Shown in pieces: positions 10,329-17,981 of a DNA stretch of 54,015 nucleotides. The DNA is taken from NCBI GenBank assembly GCA_038061755.1, contig JBBTYN010000001.1, positions 1 to 54,015 of the forward strand, in the 5' to 3' direction. This stretch comes from Patescibacteria group bacterium (GTDB lineage Bacteria; Patescibacteriota; Minisyncoccia; Phycocordibacterales; UBA9973). Within the stretch, counting starts at the first letter, position 1. Every line of letters begins with the position of its first letter. A program made the position numbers and the translations under genes. Below the pieces are notes generated by a model. The model ran no database searches. It was not told the DNA's origin and saw only the letters and a list, made by a program, of their open reading frames with translations.

Positions 10329-11162
10329 ATGATTACACCAGAACTTTTAGAATATGTGCGAGCAGAAATTGCCAAAGGCAAAACACGTGAGGAAATCAAT
10401 AGAGCATTAATTTCTAGTGGCGGATGGAGCGAGGATGATTTAAGTGAAGTATTTAGAATTGTAATTCCAATGCAAAATGTTATTTTACCAACTTCTCCAA
10501 TAAAACCAGCTTTTTCTAAACTTCCATCTTCTTCACATTTGTTATTTTCTCTATTAAAATTCTTAATTATTTTAATTATTATTAGTGGACTTGGCTTTGG
10601 TGCTTGGTATTATCGTTCACAAATAATAAATTTATGGGATTCTTTAGTAAACAAATCTTCAGAATCATCTGTTCCTGCGGTTGACACAACTAAAAATATA
10701 GATTTGAACAATCAAGAAAACAATCAAGCAGTAGCACCTACACCAGATATTCCACCTGTTCCTGTTACGAATGTTCCACTAGTATCTACTCCAGTTTCTA
10801 TTCAAATTAACTCCAGCAATAATACAGGAATTTTTGGCAATAAAGACGACCTCATTTCCTTCTCTGTTTTACCTGGTCAGAAAGTTTTTGGTGTAATGAA
10901 TTTTATCGGTTCTATAAAAAATAGTTATTTTTTTGAAGGTAATATTAACATTAATATTTTAGATGTAAATCAAAAATTGCTTTTAAAAGGTAATGGTACA
11001 GCTACAACAAAGTGGACAACAGTAGGACCTGTATTTTTTACGACAACTATTGATTTTACTTTACTTCCAAAAGGTTTAGCATATATTCAAATTAAAAATG
11101 ACAATCCTTCCGGACTTCTTAAAAATGATAAAAATATTTTGATTCCTGTAGTGATAGAATAA
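10329..11162 (+). CDS. Hypothetical membrane-anchored protein with a C-terminal beta-rich (Ig-like) domain
   Basis: Long ORF between lemA and htpX with one central TM segment. I could not read a catalytic motif. Confidence 0.6.
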   Translation: MITPELLEYVRAEIAKGKTREEINRALISSGGWSEDDLSEVFRIVIPMQNVILPTSPIKPAFSKLPSSSHLLFSLLKFLIILIIISGLGFGAWYYRSQIINLWDSLVNKSSESSVPAVDTTKNIDLNNQENNQAVAPTPDIPPVPVTNVPLVSTPVSIQINSSNNTGIFGNKDDLISFSVLPGQKVFGVMNFIGSIKNSYFFEGNININILDVNQKLLLKGNGTATTKWTTVGPVFFTTTIDFTLLPKGLAYIQIKNDNPSGLLKNDKNILIPVVIE

Positions 11163-11167
11163 GGAGA

Positions 11168-12052
11168 ATGGCTACGCTTTATACAGAACAATCAAAGAAT
11201 GTCACAAAGACTTGGCTACTTATGTCAATATTTTTTGTTGTAGTTATTGGTTTCGGTTATTTTGTAAGTTTTTATTACAGCAATTCAAATATTCTATATT
11301 TTTTTGTTGTTTTTAGTATTTTGATGAATATTTTTTCCTATTGGTTTTCGGATAAAATTGTGCTTACTTTAGCAGGGGCGAAAGTTGCAAAAAGAGAAGA
11401 ATATTTTGACTTATATACAAGTGTTGAAAATTTATCAATTACAGCTGGACTTCCGATGCCGAAAGTATATGTAGTGCAAGATTCTGCGCCAAATGCATTT
11501 GCAACAGGCAGAGATAAAAACCATGCTGTTGTATGTGCAACTACCGGACTTTTGCAGATTTTGGATAAAACAGAATTAGAGGGTGTGGTCGCTCATGAAC
11601 TTTCTCATGTCGGTAATCGTGATATGTTGCTTTCTACTGTTGTCGTGGTACTTGTTGGTTTTATAACAATTTTAGCAGATTTTTTTACACGAAGTTTATT
11701 TTTTAGTAGGCGTAGTGATAACGATAATAAGGTGGGAGGAATTTTTATGATTATTGGAATTATTTTATCAATCCTAGCTCCACTTGTTGCAATTTTAATT
11801 CAACTGGCAATTTCTAGAAAACGTGAATTTCTAGCAGATGCTTCCGGCGCATTACTTACTCGTTATCCAGAAGGTTTGGCAAATGCATTGCGTAAAATTT
11901 TCCAATATAGCAAACCGATGACTCGTCAATCTAATGCTATCGCGCATCTTTATATTGCAGACCCTAAGGGTTCAAAACTAGGCAAAAAAATCAGTGGTTT
12001 TTTTGTTACTCATCCGCCAGTGGAAGAAAGAATTAAAGCTTTGGTGGGATAG
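11168..12052 (+). CDS. htpX: M48 zinc metalloprotease HtpX
   Basis: HELSHV zinc motif and EFLADA, with 4 TM segments; GGAG Shine-Dalgarno sequence upstream. Confidence 0.9.
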   Translation: MATLYTEQSKNVTKTWLLMSIFFVVVIGFGYFVSFYYSNSNILYFFVVFSILMNIFSYWFSDKIVLTLAGAKVAKREEYFDLYTSVENLSITAGLPMPKVYVVQDSAPNAFATGRDKNHAVVCATTGLLQILDKTELEGVVAHELSHVGNRDMLLSTVVVVLVGFITILADFFTRSLFFSRRSDNDNKVGGIFMIIGIILSILAPLVAILIQLAISRKREFLADASGALLTRYPEGLANALRKIFQYSKPMTRQSNAIAHLYIADPKGSKLGKKISGFFVTHPPVEERIKALVG

Positions 12053-12104
12053 AAAAATAAGTTTTTAAATTTCTTTTTGAGCCTAATTTTGCTATACTAT
12101 TTTT

Positions 12105-12380
12105 ATGGATATTAAAGACGTGGAAAATCTTGCAAATCTATCGAGAATTGAACTTGGAGAAAATGAAAAAAAAGACTTACTTTCCGACATGGAGAGTATT
12201 TTGGGGTATGTAAGGCAAGTTGACGTCCCCGTGCCTGATGTTGACGGGGGCGTTGAGCCAGAGGTACACAATGTTTGGCGAGAAGATGAAATAATACCAA
12301 GAGAATTTTCTAAAGAACTCATTACGGGGCAATTTCCGGACGCCAAAGATGGATTTTTGAAAGTAAAAAAGATTTTATGA
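12105..12380 (+). CDS. gatC: Asp/Glu-tRNA amidotransferase subunit C
   Basis: 91 aa with LSRIELGENEKK...LREDE-like pattern; ATGA overlap with gatA. Confidence 0.85.
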   Translation: MDIKDVENLANLSRIELGENEKKDLLSDMESILGYVRQVDVPVPDVDGGVEPEVHNVWREDEIIPREFSKELITGQFPDAKDGFLKVKKIL

Positions 12381-13801
12381 TTGATTTAAACACTCTCACT
12401 ATTTCTAAAGCCAGAATCTCTCTTGATGCCAAAGAATTTTCGGCGGTGGATTTAGCGTCAGCCTACTTGGCGGAAATTAAAAAGAAAAACAAAGAACTCA
12501 ATGCCTATTTGGAAGTTTTTGAGGATGTGTTGGAACAGGCAAAAATTGCGGATGAAATAATCGCAAAAGGGGAGTCGTATCCATTGCTTGGAATTCCTTT
12601 GGCTATTAAAGATGTTATTTTAATCAAAGGCAGGAAAGTTTCGGCAGCGTCAAAAATTTTAGAAAATTACATAGCTTCTTATGATGCTACTGTTATTTTT
12701 AAGTTAAAAAAACAGGGAGCGGTATTTTTAGGTAGAACAAATACAGACGAGTTTGCGATGGGGGGTTCTACTGAAAACTCGGCCTATGGAGTGACAAAAA
12801 ATCCTAATGATACATCACGAGTAGCAGGAGGATCTTCGGGGGGGTCGGTTGTGGCTGTAGCAGCTAACCTAGCTCTCGGTGCCTTGGGTTCTGATACGGG
12901 CGGGTCAGTACGAGAACCAGCCAGCTTTTGTGGAATAGTGGGAATGAAACCGACTTATGGTCGTGTTTCGCGTTTTGGGCTTATTGCTATGGGTTCATCG
13001 CTTGATTGTATTGGTTCTATCGCTAAAAATGTGAAGGATGCACAAATTATTTATGACGCTATTTATGGGCATGATGCTTTAGATAGCACTTCAATTGATT
13101 TTGACTCCAGACAAAAATCTTCCCATTCTTCTGTTTTAACTATTGGCGTACCGTGGGATGTGGCTCTTGGAGAAGGTGTTAGTCCAGAAGTAAGAGAAAA
13201 TTTCAAGCAGGGTGTTGAGAAATTAAAAAAACTTGGTTTTGAAATAAAAGATATTTCTATAAAAAATTTAAACACTGTATTGGCAGTTTATTACATAATC
13301 ATGCCGGCAGAAGCATCTACCAATCTAGCGCGTTTTGACGGAGTTCGATATGGTCTGCATAAAGATGGGGAAAATTTACTAGACGATTATAGGCAGAGCA
13401 AGGGTGCGGGTTTTGGTAAAGAAGTTCGTCGCCGTATATTAATTGGAACCTATGTTCTATCTGCTGGTTACTATGATGCGTACTATGGTAAAGCGCAATT
13501 AATCAGAAGTGCTCTTAAAAAAGAATTTGATAAAGCATTTAAAAATGTAGATTTAATCATCACTCCGACGACCCCAGACATAGCCTGGAAAATTGGTGAA
13601 AAAAGTGATCCGCTTTCTGCTTATTTGGCGGATATATTTACTGTTACAGCCAACATTTTAGGAATTCCGGCCATTTCTTTACCTTCAGGATTTGTGGAAA
13701 CAGAAGGTAAAAAACTGCCGTTAGGAATTCAGTTTATGGCATCACATGGGGGAGAGGATTTACTTTTTAAGGTTGGTAAGAAGTTTGAGGCAATGATATA
13801 A
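12377..13801 (+). CDS. gatA: Asp/Glu-tRNA amidotransferase subunit A
   Basis: Amidase signature GGSSGGS...GSDTGGSVREPA. Confidence 0.95.
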   Translation: MIDLNTLTISKARISLDAKEFSAVDLASAYLAEIKKKNKELNAYLEVFEDVLEQAKIADEIIAKGESYPLLGIPLAIKDVILIKGRKVSAASKILENYIASYDATVIFKLKKQGAVFLGRTNTDEFAMGGSTENSAYGVTKNPNDTSRVAGGSSGGSVVAVAANLALGALGSDTGGSVREPASFCGIVGMKPTYGRVSRFGLIAMGSSLDCIGSIAKNVKDAQIIYDAIYGHDALDSTSIDFDSRQKSSHSSVLTIGVPWDVALGEGVSPEVRENFKQGVEKLKKLGFEIKDISIKNLNTVLAVYYIIMPAEASTNLARFDGVRYGLHKDGENLLDDYRQSKGAGFGKEVRRRILIGTYVLSAGYYDAYYGKAQLIRSALKKEFDKAFKNVDLIITPTTPDIAWKIGEKSDPLSAYLADIFTVTANILGIPAISLPSGFVETEGKKLPLGIQFMASHGGEDLLFKVGKKFEAMI

Positions 13802-13808
13802 TCTGAAT

Positions 13809-14444
13809 ATGGAGACAGCCAACCAAAATACTTTTTTTCAAAACTCTTTTCTTGATTCAAAATATTTTGATCCGGTGTATTTATTTAATCAGGGAGTTTT
13901 GTATATCAAGCAATTTTTCATTTTTATAACTAGCGATCAAGTAACAAGTCTTGAAAAAACAATCCTTTTCTTTTTAGCAATGTTTTTTTTGGTGATAATT
14001 TGTTATGTCATTGTTCGGATGCTTGAAATTAGAGCTAAGGAGCATAAACATTTACATCATGAAATACAAGAATATGCGCACAATAAAGCTGAATATGAAA
14101 AACATTTACGTGAAGAAGTCGGAGGTTCCAAAAATGAACGTTGGAGCAAGACTCTCAGTTATCTTTTTTCTCAACATGCGAGTGATTGGAAATTGGCAAT
14201 TATAGAAGCGGATTCGATGCTTGAAAGTTTAATGGAGCAACTAGGCTTTAGGGGGGAAAATTTAGGCGATAGATTAAAAATGGCTAATCAAGAAAATTTT
14301 TCTAATCTTACTATTGCTTGGGAAGTTCATACTATTCGAAATAGAATAGCTCATGAAGGTTTAGCTTTTGAGCTTTCACAACATGAAGCAAAAAGAGTAA
14401 TTGCTTTATATGAGCAGATTTTTCATGAATATGGATTTATCTAA
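13809..14444 (+). CDS. Hypothetical membrane-anchored protein with a C-terminal Rx4H (HEPN-like) motif
   Basis: One TM segment (FFLAMFFLVIICYVIV) and a C-terminal helical domain with WEVHTIRNRIAHEG. Confidence 0.6.
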   Translation: METANQNTFFQNSFLDSKYFDPVYLFNQGVLYIKQFFIFITSDQVTSLEKTILFFLAMFFLVIICYVIVRMLEIRAKEHKHLHHEIQEYAHNKAEYEKHLREEVGGSKNERWSKTLSYLFSQHASDWKLAIIEADSMLESLMEQLGFRGENLGDRLKMANQENFSNLTIAWEVHTIRNRIAHEGLAFELSQHEAKRVIALYEQIFHEYGFI

Positions 14445-14576
14445 TTTTTGGTTTGCTTTTTAGAGAAATTAAGGTAAAATTAGCAAGTGCCTTAGAGAGG
14501 CATTTTTTAATATAGCGGGGTAGACCCGCCAGAGGACGGGCAGGGAATAGGTATCTTAGAGAAATTATTTTTTTAT

Positions 14577-14647
14577 AGCGGGGTAGAGAAGAGGCATCTC
14601 GTAAGGCTCATAACCTTAAGACCCACGTTCGATTCGTGGCCCCGCAA
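14577..14647 (+). tRNA. tRNA-Met(CAU), initiator-like (1:72 mismatch)
   Basis: Manual cloverleaf: AGCGGGG/TA/GAGA-AGAGGCA-TCTC/G/TAAGG-CTCATAA-CCTTA/AGAC/CCACG-TTCGATT-CGTGG/CCCCGCA/A. A1 opposes A72. No CCA is encoded. Confidence 0.8.
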
Positions 14648-14702
14648 CAAGTCGGCAAGTGACATGCCAAAATGTCTTATTGTCGAGTATAATGTATATT
14701 AT

Positions 14703-14775
14703 GTCGGCGTAGCTCAGTTAGTAGAGCGGAGGACTCATAAGCCTCAGGTCGCAGGCGCACTCCCTGCCGCCGACA
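14703..14775 (+). tRNA. tRNA with CAU anticodon (elongator Met or Ile2) and a non-canonical T-loop
   Basis: Cloverleaf: GTCGGCG/TA/GCTC-AGTTAGTA-GAGC/G/GAGGA-CTCATAA-GCCTC/AGGTC/GCAGG-CGCACTC-CCTGC/CGCCGAC/A. The T-loop lacks the TTC-purine-A pattern. Confidence 0.6.
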
Positions 14776-14790
14776 CAAAATAAAGTAAAC

Positions 14791-14816
14791 ACTGGTTAGT
14801 ATATTATCCTGTCACG
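14791..14816 (+). pseudogene. Decayed intron-less tRNA-Asp-like relic (D-loop and anticodon-loop blocks)
   Basis: ACTGGTTAG (14791-14799) and CTGTCACG (14809-14816) match the tRNA-Asp exons (15338-15346; 15356-15359 plus 15575-15578) with the same 9-nt spacing. Confidence 0.5.
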
Positions 14817-14853
14817 TGGTATAATTTACAGGTGCCGATATATAGAAAAATAA

Positions 14854-15333
14854 ATAAGAATTTTTTTAAAAAATGGACAAGAGAGATGGCATAAACAATC
14901 ATATCGTTTACAAATTGGAAGTAAGGATATGTGTGAAGATTTAATGTGTCTTGGTTTAACAGAAAGAAAAAGTAAAATAATTTTATTGCCAGCAATACCA
15001 AAAAAGTATTTTTCTCATTTTTTACGAGGTTATTTTGATGGTGATGGTGGAGTATGGGTTGGATTAAAAAATAAAAAACAAAGTGGAAGAATTCATACAA
15101 TTAATACATGTTTTACATCTGGGAGTAGAGATTTTTTAATATCCTTAAAAAAGGTTTTATCTAATAATGGTCTTTCGGGTGGATCTTTAGTGAAAAAGGA
15201 AAGAGGTTTTGATTTAAAATATAGTGTTAAAAATTCTTTGATTTTATATAAAATTATGTATAATGATGAGTGTACCTTATTTCTTAAGAGAAAGAAGGAT
15301 AAGTTTGAAAGTTATATAAAAATGCGGTCGTAG
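14854..15333 (+). pseudogene. LAGLIDADG homing endonuclease remnant (C-terminal domain only)
   Basis: The open frame starts right after a TAA at 14851. It reads ...SYRLQIGSKDMCEDLMCLGL...FLRGYFDGDGGV, which is the end of domain 1 plus domain 2 of a two-domain enzyme. The N-terminal domain is missing. The stop codon lies inside the tRNA-Asp 5' end. Confidence 0.6.
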
Positions 15334-15612
15334 CTCAACTGGTTAGAGCGCCTCCCTGTAGGTTATACTGCAGCTTCCTCGTTAAAGCGGGGTTGAAACT
15401 CTTTGGGATATCGGTGAAGGCTAAACTCTGACTTAATTGTCATAGCATGCGAATACCGAGGGAACCTTAACACTTTGTTGAGGGCGCCGTAGAGACTAGA
15501 TACCGAAGCACCTAAAAGTTAAAAACTTATGGTGAAGATATAGTCCACGCCTTTATGAAAATATTGGATAAGTGCACGGAGGAGGTTGCCGGTTCAAGTC
15601 CGGTCGATCGCG
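15324..15612 (+). tRNA. tRNA-Asp(GUC) interrupted by a group I intron in the anticodon loop
   Basis: Exons: GCGGTCG/TA/GCTC-AACTGGTTA-GAGC/G/CCTCC-CTGT | CAC-GGAGG/AGGTT/GCCGG-TTCAAGT-CCGGT/CGATCGC/G. The spliced loop CTGTCAC and G73 fit tRNA-Asp. Confidence 0.75.
15360..15574 (+). mobile_element. Group I intron (215 nt, ORF-less) between anticodon positions 35 and 36
   Basis: P1: CTGT|AG pairs with CTGCAG, giving the U.G wobble at the splice site. The intron ends in G. GTAGAGACTAGA (15489-15500) and GATATAGTCC (15537-15546) resemble the tRNA-intron (Azoarcus/Anabaena-type) core. Confidence 0.75.
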
Positions 15613-15706
15613 CATCATTTTGAGCCTTAATTAACAAAGGTAATTTTGTGCTGACTGATTAGACGGAGAACTGTTATTAGTAAAATTCAATTTATTAATT
15701 ATCAAC

Positions 15707-15736
15707 TTGACATTGAATACCCCTTGGGGGTATCAT
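15707..15736 (+). promoter_or_regulatory. Promoter with an embedded CsoR-type operator ATACCCCTTGGGGGTAT
   Basis: TTGACA at 15707-15712, palindrome at 15717-15733, TATCAT at 15731-15736. The reverse complement of the palindrome differs at one base from the box upstream of csoR (41149-41165). Confidence 0.65.
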
Positions 15737-15798
15737 AAAGAGGTAAGAAGATTTTGTTAGTCTGCAGAATCTTTATTTAAAAGTTAATTTTTAATTAT

Positions 15799-16047
15799 AT
15801 GATGTATGGAATATTTAATGGTTATGGAGGTTGGGGTGCTGGTAGTATGATGGGTTGGTTTGGTGGTGGAATTATGATGCTTTTGTTTTGGGGAGCAGTT
15901 ATTTATTTTATTGTTTGGATTGTTCGTAATAATAAAACAAATGGGACAGAGAGCGGTAAGAAAGCTTTAGATATTTTGAAAGAACGATATGCTAAAGGTG
16001 AAATAGAAAAAAAGGAATTTGAAGAAAAAAAGAAAGATTTAATCTAA
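15799..16047 (+). CDS. SHOCT-domain small membrane protein
   Basis: Gly-rich TM N-terminus and a C-terminal [23 protein letters not shown] (SHOCT-like) segment. Confidence 0.75.
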   Translation: MMYGIFNGYGGWGAGSMMGWFGGGIMMLLFWGAVIYFIVWIVRNNKTNGTESGKKALDILKERYAKGEIEKKEFEEKKKDLI

Positions 16048-16056
16048 ATAAATATT

Positions 16057-16590
16057 ATGAAAACGGAACATAAAGTCGTTGGAGGAGTAATATTACTAAC
16101 CTTGGTTATTGTAGTTGGTGGTACTTGGTTGTCTAATAGAAGTGGAACTGTTGTAAATAATCAGAATTCAGGTAAACCTTTAATGGGTGAAAAAATTTCT
16201 GATTTAGGTGGCGCCCATATTGCTAAGGGAGAATCACATCCAGCTTACAATTCTAATCCCCCAACTTCTGGTTGGCACTGGGTAAGTGTGGCAGGGGCTG
16301 GAATTAAAGATGAACCAGTTCCCGATGAGCTTGTGCTTCACAGTATGGAACACGGAGCAGTTGTTGTTTGGTATAGAGAAGGATTAGAACAAAGTGAGAT
16401 AGAAAAAATTAAAGAGGTATTTAATAGTGCTTCGGGAAAAAAGATAATGTTGCCACGTAAAGATCTTGACGTTCCAGTTGCATTGACATCGTGGAGTTAC
16501 TTACTTAAATTAAAGAATATTGATCAATCGACAATAAAGGAATTTATAGAAACAAACAACAATAGAGCCCCAGAGGATGAAGCAATATAA
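16057..16590 (+). CDS. Exported DUF3105-like protein (His/Trp-rich motifs)
   Basis: N-terminal TM/signal anchor, with PTSGWHW and HSMEHGAVVVWY motifs. The family name is recalled from memory. Confidence 0.6.
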   Translation: MKTEHKVVGGVILLTLVIVVGGTWLSNRSGTVVNNQNSGKPLMGEKISDLGGAHIAKGESHPAYNSNPPTSGWHWVSVAGAGIKDEPVPDELVLHSMEHGAVVVWYREGLEQSEIEKIKEVFNSASGKKIMLPRKDLDVPVALTSWSYLLKLKNIDQSTIKEFIETNNNRAPEDEAI

Positions 16591-16603
16591 ATAAAGTTTT
16601 GAG

Positions 16604-16641
16604 AAAAGCCGTTAACCATTAATAATTAACGGCTTTTCTTG
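16604..16641 (+). terminator. Rho-independent terminator hairpin
   Basis: AAAAGCCGTTAA ... TTAACGGCTTTT 12-bp stem followed by a T-rich tail (CTTTTCTT). Confidence 0.7.
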
Positions 16642-16784
16642 TAAATTTGGTATATAAATATACCCCTTATGCTCTCGTATCGTAGTTCCCACTTCGTTCA
16701 CTAGTCCGCGCATGCGAAAAAGAGCCTTAGAAATATGATTCTTTTTTTCTTGACAATAATTTCTCTTTCGTATATTATTCAAAT

Positions 16785-17057
16785 ATGCGTTTGAATGAAT
16801 TAGCAAAGCTAATGAGAACAGCAGGGGATGAAAACAGGCTTAAAATCCTGTGTGTAATTTTTAATGAGAATAAAGTTTGCGTATCTGACATAGCAAGAAA
16901 CCTTAATTTAAGCGTGGCTATTGTGTCTCATCATCTTCAGGTTATGTCCAATGAGGGCTTAGTGGTTCCAAACAGGGAAGGTAAAAGAATCTGTTATCAA
17001 TTACCTAAAAAACCTTTTATTAAAGATTTGAAGAAATTTATTTGTAAATATAAGTAA
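16785..17057 (+). CDS. ArsR/SmtB-family transcriptional regulator
   Basis: 90 aa with an HTH pattern LKILCVIF...VCVSDIARNLNLSVAIVSHHLQVM. Confidence 0.85.
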   Translation: MRLNELAKLMRTAGDENRLKILCVIFNENKVCVSDIARNLNLSVAIVSHHLQVMSNEGLVVPNREGKRICYQLPKKPFIKDLKKFICKYK

Positions 17058-17058
17058 G

Positions 17059-17292
17059 ATGATTTTAATTGACGTAAGGACAAAATCTGAATATGATGCA
17101 GAACATATAAATGATGCAATACTTCACGACATTAGAGATATAATGCAAGGAATTTTCCCTAATGTTGATAAAAATGAAGAAATCACTTTGTATTGTGAAT
17201 CTGGGAATAGGTCAATGATGGCTAAACATATAATGGAAAAGGCTGGATTTACGAAAATTACAGATGCTGGTGGTATTGATAATTTAAGATAA
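17059..17292 (+). CDS. Single-domain rhodanese-like sulfurtransferase
   Basis: IDVRTKSEYDAEHI and the active-site loop YCESGNRS. Confidence 0.8.
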   Translation: MILIDVRTKSEYDAEHINDAILHDIRDIMQGIFPNVDKNEEITLYCESGNRSMMAKHIMEKAGFTKITDAGGIDNLR

Positions 17293-17343
17293 ATACTCAA
17301 TATTTTTTGCAAAATAGATTAAAATCAACTAATATGATTGGAT

Positions 17344-17416
17344 GCCGTTGTAGCTCAGTTGGTAGAGCACGTCATTGGTAATGACGAGGTCCGCAGTTCA
17401 ATCCTGCGCAACGGCT
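17344..17416 (+). tRNA. tRNA-Thr(GGU)
   Basis: Cloverleaf: GCCGTTG/TA/GCTC-AGTTGGTA-GAGC/A/CGTCA-TTGGTAA-TGACG/AGGTC/CGCAG-TTCAATC-CTGCG/CAACGGC/T. Confidence 0.9.
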
Positions 17417-17585
17417 CTAGGTAAAATTAAATACAAAACAGCCTATTCTTTTTTTCTCCGGGCTAGTATTGACATTATATCATATTTATGGTGTGACTTG
17501 TGAAGATTACTATTAATTACTTGCTTTTTTTTGTACATATGTATAATTGTATTATTATTATATTTTTTTTATCTAAACTAATTAC

Positions 17586-17981
17586 ATGAATGAATTAAAA
17601 AAAGAACCTTTTGGGTTTTTGATGACATTAGATCTTTATGGATGTAAAGAGGGTGTTTGTGATGACTTGAATTTGTGTTTTAATTTTCTTGAAGATCTTG
17701 TGGTGAAACTTAAAATGAAAAAACAATCACCGCCTTATATTTTCAGAAGTGATGCTGCTTTGTATCCTGACAAAGCTGGTCTTTCAGGGTGGGTTCCTCT
17801 TATAGAAAGTGGAATTCAGATTCATACTTTAGTTCCTAAAAATTTTATATCTATTGATGTATACTCATGCAAGAATTTTACAGCAGAAAATATTGAAAAA
17901 TATGTTCAAGATTATTTTGAGTGTAAAGAAGTTGAAATGAATTACATAGAAAGAGGAGTGAAGTACAATAATATACAGTAA
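17586..17981 (+). CDS. Pyruvoyl-type S-adenosylmethionine decarboxylase-like proenzyme (SpeH-like)
   Basis: LTLDLYGC, an ES self-cleavage-like site in VPLIESGIQIHTLVP, and IDVYSC, parallel to the SpeH pattern recalled from memory. Confidence 0.6.
   Translation: MNELKKEPFGFLMTLDLYGCKEGVCDDLNLCFNFLEDLVVKLKMKKQSPPYIFRSDAALYPDKAGLSGWVPLIESGIQIHTLVPKNFISIDVYSCKNFTAENIEKYVQDYFECKEVEMNYIERGVKYNNIQ

Noticed and set aside
15324-15612. Alternative reading of the split tRNA as tRNA-Ala(UGC), with junction CT|TGCAC
   Set aside because: The acceptor stem has G3:C70 and G4:U69, not the G3:U70 Ala determinant, and the discriminator is G. The P1 U.G wobble forms only at CTGT|. The upstream relic also preserves CCTGTCACG.
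16612-16806. 64-aa minus-strand ORF between the DUF3105-like gene and arsR
   Set aside because: It spans an intrinsic terminator hairpin and the arsR promoter, which is better explained as regulatory DNA.
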